From positions 496,001-538,459 of the forward strand of contig JAXLNO010000079.1 of NCBI GenBank assembly GCA_038087875.1: DNA of 42,459 nucleotides, given 5' to 3'. A model generated the notes under the pieces. That model had not been told where the DNA came from. It did no database searches and saw nothing but the letters and a program-made list of their open reading frames with translations. How positions within the stretch are numbered: the first letter of the stretch is position 1; every line of letters starts with the position of its first letter. A program made the position numbers and the translations under genes. This document shows positions 1 to 13,238 of this stretch, piece by piece. The stretch is from Malacoraja senta (lineage: Eukaryota).

Positions 1-560
1 GTGTAAGTCCATCTGTGTCTCCCACATACACAGTAAAACTCTGCTTTGTGTGAGTATATACGTCACCCCCCATTTCTCTCTTTCTCCCCCCCCCACCTCT
101 CTCTTTCCCTCCACCACCTCTCTCTTTCTCCCCCCACACACAATAAGACCGATGTATTCTGCTTAGTCTCTCTTCCCTCCCACACACAGATAGACCGAGG
201 TCCTGTGCGCTCTTTCTCTCTCCCCCACAGTCACGCCGAAGTACACCACACTGCCTCTGTGCCTCTCTCTCTCTCTCTCTCCTTCATACACAGTCAGAGG
301 TCCACACTGTCTCTGTGTGTCTCTCTCCCCTACACACACACACAGACTGAGGTACACACTGCCAGTTGTGTGTGTGTGTCTGCCTCTGTCTCTCTCTCCC
401 ACACACACAGTTAAAGGTACTCCACGCTGCCTGTGTGTGTGTGTGTCTCTCTCTCTCTCTCTCTGTCCCACCCCCCACACCCACACCCAGTCAGTCAGTC
501 AGAGGAGCTCCACACTGTGTGTGTGTGTGTGTGTGTGCGCCTCTGTCTCTCCCTATCACA
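1..560. repeat. Low-complexity CA/GT and CT microsatellite tract
   Basis: Runs of (CA)n, (GT)n and (CT)n with a loosely repeated 'cacacacag..gaggt.cacact' unit. ORFs here are compositional artefacts. Confidence 0.85.
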
Positions 561-1169
561 GTCAGAGTGAGGTACTCCCCCCGCAGTCTCTCCGCGGCCT
601 CTCCCCAGGCAGGGTGCATCTGCCTCAGGCTGCCCAGGCAGTCAAACACGAATCCGATGGCGGGCTCCATGCACAGCTCCTGCCGGCCGGCTGGGAGCGG
701 CGACGGAGGACATGGGAAGTTGGCCACCAGCGTGGCAGTCTCGGCTCTCCATGCAGTCCGAGTCTCGCTGGATCCTCATAATCCTCTGCCTCTGTCAAAT
801 GGGTGAGTTTAACCTGACCCCCCCCCCCCCCCCAACCTCCCTCTACCTCAACTCACGCCTGGGCACCAAAGCAGCTCAGGAGGCGAACCCTGAGCTCCGT
901 CTCCCAACAATCTGATGTGCGAATCCTTGCACATTCAAAGATTTCATCTCCAGTCTCCCCGCAGTGTGTAGACCTGGCAGTAAATTCAATTAAAATATAG
1001 CAAACCTCCGCCTGCTGGTCTTCTAACTACGTGATGTGTGTTTCAAACAAATCATCAGTATAACTGCTCTGGCACTGGACGGTGCGCATTTTCCCTTTGT
1101 AGGTCACATCAATAGATGCGGCCTTCAAAGCCGCAGGATGGAGATGTTGCTTATTAAAACAGACCTTCA

Positions 1170-1382
1170 TTGAAGGTTGGTTCAAGAGTAACTCGGGAAA
1201 GGAACTTGTTAACTCGGGAGACCAACTTGGAACATCGCAGAAATGACAGTTAACGGCAAACTTGAGTCATACCCGTGGGAACTCGGTTAAACTCTTGATC
1301 ATAAACTTGGAGTCTCGTACGCAACCACGAGTCTTTCACTCTGGGTCACTCGTGGGTCAACTCGCACCATGAGACAGGGCTT
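1170..1382. mobile_element. Fragment of a non-autonomous TIR element (Harbinger-like end)
   Basis: Repeated AACTCG motifs, ending in 'gagacagggctt', which resembles the reverse complement of the GGGYCTGTCCCACT terminus at 42045. Confidence 0.3.
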
Positions 1383-1389
1383 TTAATCT

Positions 1390-1875
1390 GTTTAGAGTCG
1401 TACAACCAAGCCCTTCTGCCCAATATGCTCATGCCAACCAAGCTGTTCCATCTACACTAGTCTCATGTGTCCAAATGTATTTTAAATGTTTTTCCCCATT
1501 CATCTTAAAGCTGTGTTCTCTGACTCTTGATTCCCCTCTCTGAGTAAAAGACTGTGCATTTACATATTCTTCTTGTGATACTACACATATGGGGAATCAG
1601 AAACCAGAGAACATAGGTTTAAGGTGATAGAGGAAAGATTAAATAGGAACCTGAGGGGCACCTTTTTTTAAATAAAGGGTGGTGGGTATATCGAATGAGC
1701 TGCTAGAGGAGGTAGTTGAGGCAGGTACAATCACTTTTTTTTTTTAAATGACATTTTGACAAGTACATGCATAGGATAAGATTAGAAGGATATGGGCCAA
1801 ACACAGGCAGGCGGGACTAATGTAGCTGGGGCATGTTGGGCCAAAGGGCCAAGTTGAATAGTTCCATGACTCTAC
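1390..1875. mobile_element. Old CR1 3' fragments in opposite orientations
   Basis: 'aaccagagaacataggtttaaggtg..gaaagattaaataggaacctgagg' is the TRGH-type ORF2 C-terminus on +. A minus-strand 3'UTR piece lies at ~1390-1580. Confidence 0.6.
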
Positions 1876-1879
1876 ATCA

Positions 1880-2450
1880 TAATAAGCAGCAGAAGTAGGC
1901 CATACGGATTATCAAGTCTACTCCACCATTCAAACATGGCTGATCTTTCTATCTTTCCCTCTCAACGCCATTGTCTTCTCCCCATAACTCTAGATACCCT
2001 GACCAATCAAGTTTCTGTTAATCTCCGTCTTAAAAACACCAAATGACTTGGCCTCCACAACCGACTGTGGCAATAAATTCCACAGATTCACCACCCTCTG
2101 ACTAAAGTAATTCCTCTTCATCTTTCTAAAGGTATGTCCTTTTATTCTGAGGCTGTGCCCTCTGGTTCTATGCTTTCCCACTAGTGAAAACATCCCCTCC
2201 ACATCCACTCTATCTAGGCTTTTCGCTATTCAGTAAGTTTCAATGAGGTACCCCCTCATCCATCTAAACTCCAGTGAGTACAGGCCCAGTGCCGTCAAAT
2301 GCTTATCATATGTTAACCCAGTCATATCAGGATCATTTTTGTAAATCTCCTCTGAACCCTCTCCAACGCCAGCACATCCTTCCTCACATATGGGGCCCAA
2401 AACTGTTCCCAATACACCAAATCCAGTCTGACCAGTGCCTTCTAAACATA
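1880..2450 (-). mobile_element. CR1 LINE 3' fragment
   Basis: Minus ORFs LGLYSLEFR..LIETY and RTRGHSLRIKG..FSQRVVNLWN match the CR1 ORF2 C-terminus. Confidence 0.9.
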
Positions 2451-4596
2451 TCCAATCACTTACCAACTTCTACCAATGCACTGTAAAAAGGATTTTACTT
2501 CGGAGTCACGTGAGTGACTACGTGAAGAAGGCCGTCAGTCTGCATACGCGTCATTATGTCTAGCGCATTGCGCAACGGCTGACTGGCAGGCGCGCTGCTC
2601 CTGCCAGCGGTAAGTTTAAACCTGCAGGTAAGTTTTAAACTTTCCAGGTTATGTTTTCTCTTGCAAGAATCTCTTCTTACAGAGTTTTCCTGCTGGATTT
2701 CGGGGCGAAGTCGGGACGAGCCGCAGGGAAACCTTTATGGACCGTGGGTTATCCCAGTCACGGACCGCGGGGTTATCCCGGTCACGACCTCGGGGAATCC
2801 CGGCCACGGACCGCGGGGAACCGGCTACGGAGACCGCGGAAGTGCGGGTCGCGGTCGGCGGTCGAATTCGCCTTCCGAGTCGCTGGCAGTGGAGCCAGCG
2901 GCTTCAGACTGGTGCCGGTAGCACCTTGACAACCCCGCTTGGAGGGTATGCCACAAAGAAAGTCTGTACGGCCCGTTGACGCAAACGAGTCGGGCCAGGA
3001 GGATTCCTGATGGAGAGGATCCCCTCCTTCAATGGGTAGCGTCTTCGGACGTCTAACCCACATGGAGCACCTGATGGAGAGGTGCTCCACAATGGTATGC
3101 TCCAAAGGAGGGAGTTATATCACTGCGGGTCTCCTCGGGGGCCCGCGGCAGCGGCACCTGTTACAGGGCTGCACAGTGTCTCCATCTCTGAGGAGGGGAG
3201 CATTCGGGGTCAGTCTTGTCTGACTCGGAGTTCGGAGGTATAGCCGGGGAGCATACCACGAGGCACGAAGGATATGGTCAGTGGAGGGGCCATATCAGCG
3301 CAGGTCTCCTCGGGGGCCTGCGGCAGCACCTGTTTCAGGGCTGCTTACTATCGTCCTCGCTATGGAGAGGAGTGCGAGGGGTCAGTGTGTAACTGACTCC
3401 AAACTCGGAAGTCCGGGGACCATACTGGAGCACATGTGTGAGGTACAAGAAATAACCTGTCATGGCATCCAGGTTTGCGACATCCTCGCAAACGAAGGAG
3501 CTGCTGCAGGAAGAGTTGGTTCCAGCCGTTGGCAGCAAAACCTCACGTCACGTCATAACAGGAACAGGTGATGGCTGTGAGATACCTTGCACCTGTAAAT
3601 TGTTCCTGAAAGTGCCGGCAGTGAACAGCGCTATCAGGGGTGACATTGGGGCAGGAAATGAAACCAGCCGCCAAATCTTCTCTTCAGGGAAAACCTATCC
3701 AACAGGTAAGACCTGGATGAGGAAGCTAAAGCTGTCGAACTAATCATACCACAACGAGTATAGCTTCATCGTTGTGGCGTCAACACACCCCACGCCTCCA
3801 TCGGCAGTAAGCGATTCACTGAAGCTGATGGCAGCCTGTAAGCTGGGCAAAGGTCTTTTAGGCCAAGGCCCAAGCCGGTCTCAGGAAAAATGTGGAATCC
3901 ACGCACCCTACCAGTCCTACTCTCCAATCAAGGACGGAAATAGAACCCGCATCAGGGGCCTTTGGGCTTACCATAAGACCACCGGTAACCATGAAGGTAG
4001 GTGGGTCTGGTTCTTTCCGAAATATGGGGTATGTGGACCATTTACGTTGGTAATATTTACACTTGTTTTTTGTACAAATGACAATGTGAACATGTGAATA
4101 GTTTATACTGCACAGTATACAAGGGTTCCAAGCAGGCTTGGAAATGTGGCCAGAGTTGTCCTTCGAAGCAGGATCAGTATTATGGCCAGGATTGCCTTTT
4201 GAGACAGGCTCGGAAATATGACCAGAGTGTTTTTTCAAGGCAGGTTCGGAACTATGGCAGGCGTGGCCTGATCATTGTGTAAGGTGCAGGATGTGGGTTC
4301 ATCCTTGATTTAACTTGCATGTGCAGTATAGACATTTCAGCATAGCAAACTTCGTTACTGTCTAACAACTGATTTCCATAGGATCTTTATGGCATGCATT
4401 GATCTCAAAAATACATACTATTCAGTTCTCATTCACAGGGATCACCGGAGATATTTTGAAATTTAGCTGGATGGGGCAATGATAACAGTTAAAGTGTTGC
4501 AAAATTTGCTAACTTCATTTCCCATGCTATTTACCAAATTACTAAAACCGGCGCTTGGGCTGCTCAGAGCTCAAAAACACTTGTTATGGCCCAGCT

Positions 4597-5386
4597 GCAA
4601 AAACAGGAAAGCAGACTATTATCTAAATGGTGGCCGACTAGGAAAAGGGGAGATGCAGCGAGACCTGGGTGTCATGGTACACCAGTCATTGAAAGTAGGC
4701 ATGCAGGTGCAGCAGGCAGTGAAGAAAGCGAATGGTATGTTAGCTTTCATAGCAAAAGGATTTGAGTATAGGAGCAGGGAGGTTCTACTGCAGTTGTACA
4801 GGGTCTTGGTGAGACCACACCTGGAGTATTGCGTACAGTTTTGGTCTCCAAATCTGAGGAAGGACATTATTGCCATAGAGGGAGTGCAGAGAAGGTTCAC
4901 CAGACTGATTCCTGGGATGTCAGGACTGTTTTATGAAGAAAGACTGGATAGACTTGGTTTATACTCTCTAGAATTTAGGAGATTGAGAGGGGATCTTATA
5001 GAAACTTACAAAATTCTTAAGGGGTTGGACAGGCTAGATGCAGGAAGATTGCTCCCGATGTTGGGGAGGTCCAGGACAAGGGGTCACAGCTTAAGGATAA
5101 GGGGGAAATCCTTTAAAACCGAGATGAGAAGAACTTTTTTCACACAGAGAGTGGTGAATCTCTGGAACTCTCTGCCACAGAGGGTAGTCGAGACCAGTTC
5201 ATTGGCTATATTTAAGAGGGAGTTAGATGTGGCCCTTGTGGCTAAAGGGATCAGAGGGTATGGAGAGAAGGCAGGTACGGGATACTGAGTTGGATGATCA
5301 GCCATGATCATATTGAATGGCGGTGCAGGCTCGAAGGGCCGAATGGCCTACTCCTGCACCTAATTTCTATGTTTCTATGTTTCTAT
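4597..5386 (+). mobile_element. 5'-truncated young CR1 inserted in DIRS-A RT
   Basis: Open ORF2 C-terminus (RDLGV..RPHLEYCVQFW..TRGHS) to stop 5288, followed by a (TTTCTATG)n tail. Near-identical to the 3' end of the CR1 at 20695-23572. Confidence 0.95.
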
Positions 5387-5834
5387 ATTCTAAACGCTGT
5401 ATTTTGCTAAAATTAACTGTTTCAGCCGCACACTATATTTGAGAAATTGGAGTTTCTCATCCATCCAGTTAAAATTTAAGTTGATACCAACTAGAGTTAT
5501 TGATTATTGGGATTTACCTTTAAATCTATTAATTTGTCTGTGACTCCGCCCTGGGGCAAGAGATTGGAATTAATAAAAGCCTGTAACAACCTTGTTGTTA
5601 TGAAGCAGCCTTTATTCATCAAGTGTAATTGGCAATATAGTGGCTGTGTTTCAGCTGTGCATTTGGACCTTTGCATTATCAGACCTTACAACGTGCAAAG
5701 GAGTAACCTCTTAAACATAGAAACATAGAAAATAGGTGCAGGAGGAGGCCATTCAGCCCTTCCAGCCAGCACCGCCATTCATTATGATCATGGCTGATCG
5801 TCCCCTATCAATAGCCCGTGCCTGCCTTCTCCCC

Positions 5835-8640
5835 TTAGCCCTTGACTCCACTAGCCCCTAGAGCTCTATCTAACTCTCTCTTAAATCCATCCAGTGATTT
5901 GGCCTCCACTGCCCTCTGTGGCAGGGAATTCCATAAATTCACAACTCTCTGGGTGAAAAAGTGTTTTCTCACCTCAGTCTTAAATGACCTCCCCTTTATT
6001 CTAAGACTGTAGCCCCTGGTTCTGGACTCGCCCAACATTGGGAACATTTTTCCTGCAGCTAGCTTGTCCAGTCCTTTTATAATTTTATATGTTTCTATAA
6101 GATACCCCCTCATCCTTCTAAACTCCAGTGAATACAAGCCTAGTCTTTTCAATCTTTCCTCATAGGATAGTCCCGCCATCCCAGGGATCAATCTCGTGAA
6201 CCTACGCTGCACTGCCTCAATCACAAGGATGTCCTTCCTCAAATTAGGAGACCAAAACTGTACACAATACTCCAGATGTGGTCTCACCAGAGCCCTATAC
6301 AACTGCAGAAGAACCTCTTTACTCCTATACTGAAATCCTCTTGTTATGAAGGCCAACATTCCATTAGCTTTCTTCACAGCCTACTGTACCTGCACGCCAA
6401 CTTTCAGTTGCCGGTGTACAAGGACACCCAGGTCTCGCTGTACCTCCCCCTTACCTAACCTAACCCCATTGAGATAATAATCTTCCCCCTTGTTTTTGCC
6501 GCCAAAGTGGATAACCTCACATTTACCTATATTATACTGCATCTGCCACGCATCTGCCCACTCACTCAACCTGTCCAGGTCACCCTGCAACCTCCTAACA
6601 TCCTCTTCACAGTTCACACTGCCACCCAGCTTTGTGTCATCCGCAAACTTGCAAGTGTTGCTCCTAATTCCCTCTTCCAAATCATTAATATATATGGTAA
6701 ACAGTTGCGGCCCCAACACCAAGCCTTGCGGCACTCCACTCGCCACTGCCTGCCATTCTGAAAAGGACCCGTTCACTCCTACTCTTTGCTTCCGGTCTGC
6801 CAATCAATTTTCTATCCATGTCAACACCCTACCCCCAATACCATGTGCTCTCATTTTAGTCACCAATCTCCCGTGCGGGACCTTATCAAAGGCTTTCTGA
6901 AAGTCTAGATACACTACATCCACTGGCACCCCTTCATCCATTTTACTTGTCACATCCTCAAAAAATTCCAGAAGATTAGTCAAGCATGATTTCCCTTTCA
7001 TAAATCCATGTTGACTTGGACTAATCCTTTTACCGCTATCCAAATGCCCCATTATTACCTCTTTAATAATTGACTCCAGCATCTTTCCAACCACCGAAGT
7101 CAGGCTAACTGGTCTGTAATTCCCCGTTTTCTCTCTCGCTCCTTTCTTGAAAAGTGGGATAACATTAGCTATCCTCCAATCCACAGGAACTGATCCTGAA
7201 TCTATTGAGCATTGGAAAATGATCACCAATGCATCCACTATTTCTAGAGCCACCTCCCTGAGGACCCTGGGATGCAGACCATCAAGCCCAGGGGATTTAT
7301 CATCCTTCAGTCCCATTAGCCTACCCAATACTATTTCTCGCCTAATGAAAATTTATTTCAGTTCCTCTACCCCCTTAGATCCTCTGTCCTCCAGTACATC
7401 TGGGAGATTGTTTGTGTCTTCCTTAGTGAAGACAGATCTGAAGTACCTATTCAACTCTTCTGCCATTTCCTTGTTGCCCATAATAATTTCACCCGTGTCT
7501 GCCTTCAAGGGACCCACATTTGACTTTGCTACTCTTTTTCCCTTAACATATCTAAAGAAGCTTTTACTGTCCTTCTTTATATTCCTGGCCAGCTTCCCTT
7601 CGTACTTCATCTTTTCAGCCCGTATTGCCCGTTTTGTTTCCTTCTGTTGTCCTGTGAAAGTTTCCCAATCCTCTGGCTTCCGGCTACACTTTGCTGTGTT
7701 ATACATCTTTTCTTTTAGTTTTATTCTATCCCTAACTTCTCTTGTCAGCCACGGTTGCCTCCTACTCCCCTTAGAATCTTTCTTCCTTTTTGGAATGAAA
7801 TGATCCTGCGTCTCCCGGATTATGCCCAGAAATTCTTGCCATTGCTGTTCCACTGTCATTCCTGCTAGGATCCCTTTCCAGTCTACTTTGGCCAGCTCCC
7901 CTCTCATGCCTTCATAGTCCCCTTTGTTCAACTACATCACTGCCACTTCCGATTTAACGTTCTCCTTCTCAAATTGCAGATTAAAACTATTCATATTATG
8001 ATCACTACCTCCAAGCGGTTCCTTTACCTCGAGTTCTCTTATCATATCTGGTTCATTGGACAACACTAAATCCAGAATTGCCTTTTCTCTGGTCGGCTCC
8101 ATTACAAGCTGCTCTAAGAATCCATCTCGGAGGCATTCTACAAACTCTCTTTCTTGGGGTCTTGAACCAACCTGATTTTCCCAGTCTACCTGCATATTGA
8201 AATCCCCCATCACCACAGTGGCATTACCTTTGTTACATGCCAGTTTTAACTCCTGCTGCAACTTACACCCTACATCCGGGCTAGTATTTGGGGGTCTGTA
8301 ATGAACACCAATTAGTGTCTTCTTGCCTTCACAATTCCTCAACTCAATCCACAGTGACTATACCTCGTCAGTCCCTATGTCTTCCCTCGCAAGGGACTGA
8401 ATTCCCTCCCTCACCACCAGAGCTACCCCCCCTCCTCTGCCCACCTGCCTGTCCATTCTATAGGATGTATAACCCTGAATATTAAGTTCCCAGGCCCAAT
8501 CCTCCTGCAGCCACGTCTCAGTAATCCCCACAATGTCATATCTACCAACCTGTAACAGCCTCAAGCTCATCTACTTTACTTCTTATACTTCGCGCATTCA
8601 TATACAATACTTTTAATTCCTTACGCATCTCACCTTTCAC
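5835..8640 (-). pseudogene. CR1 ORF2 (APE endonuclease + RT), interrupted by stops and frameshift
   Basis: LYMNARSIR, GITETW, YRPP, GDFN, SDHN, NYRPVSLTS, YLDFQKAFDKV, GVPQG, KFADDTKL. Confidence 0.95.
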
Positions 8641-8771
8641 ATCGATCCCTATTACACTTGGCCATACTCTCCTATCCCTTTGTGAGCTTCCTTTCCCGTT
8701 AATTCTGGGGTCATTAACCCTCCCTTTACTCTCTTTCCCTTTAACTCCATCCTCAACCCCACCCCCATTAT

Positions 8772-9688
8772 TCAGTTTAAAACCACCCGTGTAGCAGTGG
8801 CAAACCTGCCTGCCAGAATGCTGGTCCCCCACTTGTTAAGATGCAATCCGTCCATTTTGTACAGTTCCCCCTTACCCCAAAACAGATCCCAGTGATCTAA
8901 GAATCTAAATCCCTGCCCCTTGCACCAGTTCCTCAGCCACACATTCAGGTCCTGTATCTCCCTGTTCCTGCTCTCGCCTGCACGAGGAACTGGAAGCAAA
9001 CCGGAGATAACAACCCTGGAGGTCCTGCTTTTCAGCATTTTTCCGAGCTCTCTAAAGTCACGCTGCAGAATATTCATCCCCTTCTTTCCGATATCGTTTG
9101 TGCCGACATGCACTACCACTTCCGGCTGTTCACCTTCGCCCTTGAGGATTTTCTGCACTCTGTCCGTGACATCCTGGATCCTGGCACCAGGAAGGCAGCA
9201 CACCATCCTCGAATCCCGTCTGTTGCTGCAGAAACCCCTGTCCGTACCTCTCACAATGGAGTCTCCCACTACAATGGCGTTGCCTGACGTTGGCCTCTTT
9301 GGTTTTGGCTCAACAGCCCTTTTTGCTTCGCAAGCCAGTCCGCCGCTCAGTGTGATAACGTCTTCTGTCCCGACGGCTTCTAAGTGGGTGAACCTGTTCA
9401 CAAGAGGTACAACACCCGGGGACGTTTGCATTCCATGCTTCCCTCCCTTTCTCACTGTCTCCCACCTTCTCTCTTAGGTGTAACAATCTTACTGTAGGAC
9501 TTGTCGAGGAACGACTCAGTTTCTCGGACAAACCTGAGGTCATCCACTTGCTTCTCCAGTTCCCCAACACGGTCCTTCAGGAGCTGTACCTGGATGCACT
9601 TCTCACATTTGTAGCAGCCAGAGGCACCAGCAGTGTCCTTGACCTCCCACATACTGCAAGCATCACACTGAATCAGCTTGCTTGACAT
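8772..9688 (-). pseudogene. CR1 ORF1: zinc finger/leucine zipper plus SGNH esterase (frameshifted)
   Basis: CDACSMWE..CEKC and heptad LLKDRVGELEKQVDDL; esterase blocks VVGDSIVR, VHVGTND, DGLHLN. Confidence 0.9.
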
Positions 9689-10829
9689 CTCCTTCTTTCG
9701 TCTCTCCCTCTCCAGCATTTTGCGTAGCCTCCTCTCCTCAGCCTCCTCGCCGAAGACTCTCGAGCCAAAGACTCGCACTTTTCTCACAGGGCACTTCCCT
9801 CACAAGGCTGCTCCCTAAGAGCCAAATGCTTACATTGATTGATAAATTGCCTAATTTACCAATTTACAAACCAAATTCCTCAGTTTTAAACCTCTGACTC
9901 ACTTCTAACTCTCCTCCCACTCGGGCTAGAGCCAAACAGTGTTTTCTCCTGCTTCTCTTTGTTGCTGTTTCTTCCAAATCCACGGGAGCTCTGAGTCATG
10001 TAGGTCATTAAGTGCCATGTAGGTCATTATTAACAGACCTATGCTATTACCAGCTGAAGCTATCAAAGTCACAATGGTGGACGAACAGTGTTCAACATTG
10101 CTCCTCTAATTTTTGCTCAGTACTCTTCAGTTATATTACAAACTGATGCTAGTGCTCAAAGATGAAAAATCACGAATACCATCTCTAGTTACGGAGGCGG
10201 ATGGGATTTGCATGAGTTACCAATTCTTCAGTTATATGGTATCAACTACCTATAGACACTAGGTGTATTCCATGGGTTAAAGTTTATTGTGCGAATATGC
10301 ATAATCTGCATGCTCAACCAAGTTGATACACTATGGTGGTGGCACATGTTAATCACATGGGTGCAGTCAAGTTAAATATCCTGTGATAATTTACTTAACC
10401 TCACTTGGCGCTGATCATCACATAAAATCTATGACAACACAGAATGGATGTTGTATCACAAAGTATTTAATGACATTGTGGTTCGATGAAACACCGAATA
10501 TCAATATGTTTGAATCCAGGCTCAATCACTAGTTGGAAAAATATATGGCACAGTAGCGATAGATGCATTCTCGCTACACTGAGGAGGAATGTTCTTTATG
10601 TCTTTCCTCCATTTTGCCTCATCAGTCGGGTCTTGCACTAAATCCAGCAAGATCTCGCTTCAGGCATTTCGTACTGCCTGACTGGCCTATGCAGCCATGG
10701 TTCCCGCTAATGTTGGGAATGATAATAGGACCTTATATGGTAATCCTAAACACAAAAATTTGCCGGTTCACCCCGTGACTCGGGAAACCATCCTCTGCAT
10801 GATAAAATCAATTTATAGACTTGCAGACT

Positions 10830-11750
10830 CTGAGAAGACCATTCCGGCGGCTCGGGTTGCCAGACCGATCTATGTACGTGCTCACTGCAGAGTGCAGGGA
10901 TAGCACTGAAAAGCAGTACATTTTCCTCATCAGGAGATGGGAAGTGTTTTGTTTAAATGCCAATGTTACATATAATACGGCACGGATAACTAACGTCTCA
11001 GAGTTCATTTTCAGATGGGTCTTTGACAATTAATTTAGTTATAGTACCATTAACTGTGCCAACGTGCCTTCTCATCATATTTGCTGCAGCAATCGGGACC
11101 CACTCTGTCGGGTCTCACCCTCTGATATCCAGATTTATAAAGGATATCTTTAACGTAAATTCTCCCAGGCCCAGGTACTCGGAGATATGGGATGTCAGCA
11201 TTGTGCTAAACCTGCTTCGCCGGTGGGGCCCAGCTACATCTCTATCCCTGGTCCAACTCACTTACAAAGTGGTTATGCTCATGGCGCTAGTCTCAGCGCA
11301 ACGGGTCCAGCCACTACTTAAATTACGACTGGACAGGATGGTTACATCTGCTAATATATAATATGTTATGTTTATGATGTAGTTAAGCAGAGCAGACCAG
11401 GGGCGTCAGGTCCCAAACAAGTTTTCATGGCATACCCCATGGACCTTTGGTTGTGTGTCGTCACACATTTACAACAATATGTCAAGGTCACCAAGAGCCT
11501 TAGAGGCTCTGCACTAGCAATGATTGTTAGTTACTAAAAACCTCATAAAAGGTATCAATCCAGACCATCTCCAGGTGGTCAAAACGGGGTTTGGCGTATG
11601 CAGGAGTAGATACTAATATTTTCTAATCTCACTCCACTAGGGCTGCTACAACATCAGCAGCAAGGGTTATGTACGTTCCACTGGACCACATCCTAGCAGC
11701 TGCAGGATGGTCAAACGAACGAACTTTCCAACATTTTATAGTGACCCATT
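10830..11750 (+). pseudogene. DIRS-A tyrosine recombinase remnant
   Basis: RDSTEKQY..RRWEVFC, HPLISRFIKDIFN, LMALVSAQRVQ, HSTRAATTS, ILAAAGWSNERTF..FY. Confidence 0.88.
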
Positions 11751-11973
11751 GCCAGACCGGGGGTATTTGCCAAATTCCATTTATGTTCTGTTTCATAGTT
11801 TCCCCCCAGGATGGGAGGGGCACTATTATTTTCCTTTGATGATTAAAACATCAGCATTTTTAACAAACTATGTCATGTCTGAATGCATTAATCTTTTTCA
11901 CTCATCCATGGTCAATTGATGCGGTGTGTGACGCTTGGACTCGTATCCGGCATGAAATCACAGAGCTTTGAAG

Positions 11974-12086
11974 TCTTCACGTAGTCACTCACGTGACTCC
12001 GAAGTAAAATAGTAAGATTAAATGAGAACTTACCAGTTTGAAGTTTGATCTTTATTTTATGAGGAGTTACGATGAGCGATTACGTG
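11974..12086. repeat. DIRS internal complementary region (ICR), copy A
   Basis: 11974-12010 is the reverse complement of 2492-2528. 12009-12086 is the reverse complement of the right end 12233-12310. Confidence 0.93.
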
Positions 12087-12447
12087 CCCACCGCTCCCAA
12101 CCCTCATATTTTGAAGGTCATCTGGTAGTTTCAAGTTCTCTCCAATCTTACTATGTTCAGGTCAACTACTGTTATCTGTATTTCACACCGCTGCTTTGAA
12201 GATTGACGCGCATGCGGGCTGACGGCCTTCTTCACATAATCGCTCACCGTAACTCCTCATAAAATAAAGATCAAACTTCAAACTGGTAAGTTCTCATTTA
12301 ATCTTACTATTCTATCAGTATGCTATGGTACCTTGTAACAGCAATAACACTACCCACGCTCACAGGAAATTGCTGAGATTTATGGATGCAACCCAGTCCA
12401 TCACGCAAACCTGCATCTAAACTTCAGCCTCTTACTTTAATCCCTAG

Positions 12448-12670
12448 GTACACTAAAAAGGCTGGAGAAACTCAGCGGGTGCAGCAGCATCTATGGAGCG
12501 AAGGAGATAGGCAACGTTTCGGGCCGAAACCCTTCTTCACACTGATGGGGGGTGGGGGGAGGCGGGGAGAAGAAAGGAAAAAGGAGGAGGAGGAGCCCGG
12601 GGGCTGAGGGAGAGGTAGGAAGGGGAGGAGACAGCAAGGGTTAACTGAATTGTGAGAATTCAATGTTTAA
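12448..12670 (-). mobile_element. Penelope-like element terminal fragment with degenerate hammerhead motif
   Basis: 'gctggagaaactcagcgggtgcagcagcatctatggagcgaagg..caacgtttcgggccgaaacccttcttca' is the same family as 14953, 32420 and 33968. Confidence 0.6.
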
Positions 12671-12675
12671 TCCCT

Positions 12676-13238
12676 AGTCACTTGAACAGGTACATGGATA
12701 GGAAACATTTAGGATATGGGCCAAAGGGACCTGTTGGGATGAGGCATCTTGATCGGCATGGATGAGTTCGGCCAAAGGGCCTGTTTCCGTGCTGTATGAC
12801 TATGATTATGACTATGACCACAAAAAGATCACCCCTCAGCCTCCTGTGCTTCAAGGAATATAGTCCCAGCCTGCCCAACCTCTCCCTATAGCTCAGCCCC
12901 TCAAGTCTGGCAACATCCTCATAAATCTTCTCTGCACTCCTTCCAGCTTTATAACATCCTTCCAAAACTGAACACAATACTCCAAATACAGCCTCATGAA
13001 TGTATGAGGCCATATGTTATGTATACCAACATACCAACGTCTATACTTAATATCCTGACTGATGAAGGCCAATGTACCCAAAGCCTTCTTGACCATTCTA
13101 TCTGCCTGTGATGCCACTTTCATGGAACTATGTACCTGCACTCCTCAGTCCCTCTGCCTACTCCCCAGGGCCCTGCCATTTACTGTGTTGGTCCTGCCCT
13201 GGTTTGACTTCCCAAAATGCAACACCTCACTTATCTGC
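12676..13238. mobile_element. CR1 fragments (plus-strand 3' tail; minus-strand RT C-terminal piece)
   Basis: (TGACTA)n tail at ~12800. Minus ORFs LEYCVQFW and LGLYSLKHRRLRGDL. Confidence 0.85.

Larger units (their letters stand above)
5713..9996 (-). mobile_element. Near full-length CR1 LINE with disabled ORF2, nested in DIRS-A
   Basis: (TTTCTATG)n tail at 5713. ORF2 EN-RT is broken into segments by stops. ORF1 and 5'UTR are present. Confidence 0.95.
2492..12311 (+). mobile_element. DIRS1-type tyrosine-recombinase retrotransposon, copy A (degenerate, two nested CR1)
   Basis: Left ITR 2492-2553 is inverted at ~12204-12236. ICR 11974-12086 is complementary to both termini. Remnants of RT (CIDLKNTYYSV), RNase H (LQTDAS), methyltransferase-like domain (PDWPMQPWF) and YR (GSHPLISRFIKDIFN..PRY, HSTRAA, ILAAAGWS). 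Confidence 0.93.

Noticed and set aside
4479..5288. 269-aa DIRS-CR1 fusion ORF
   Set aside because: Chance in-frame join at a CR1 insertion site; no complete domain.
6490..9477. Plus-strand ORFs over the CR1 elements (also 21183-23525)
   Set aside because: Antisense shadows of CR1 ORF1/ORF2.
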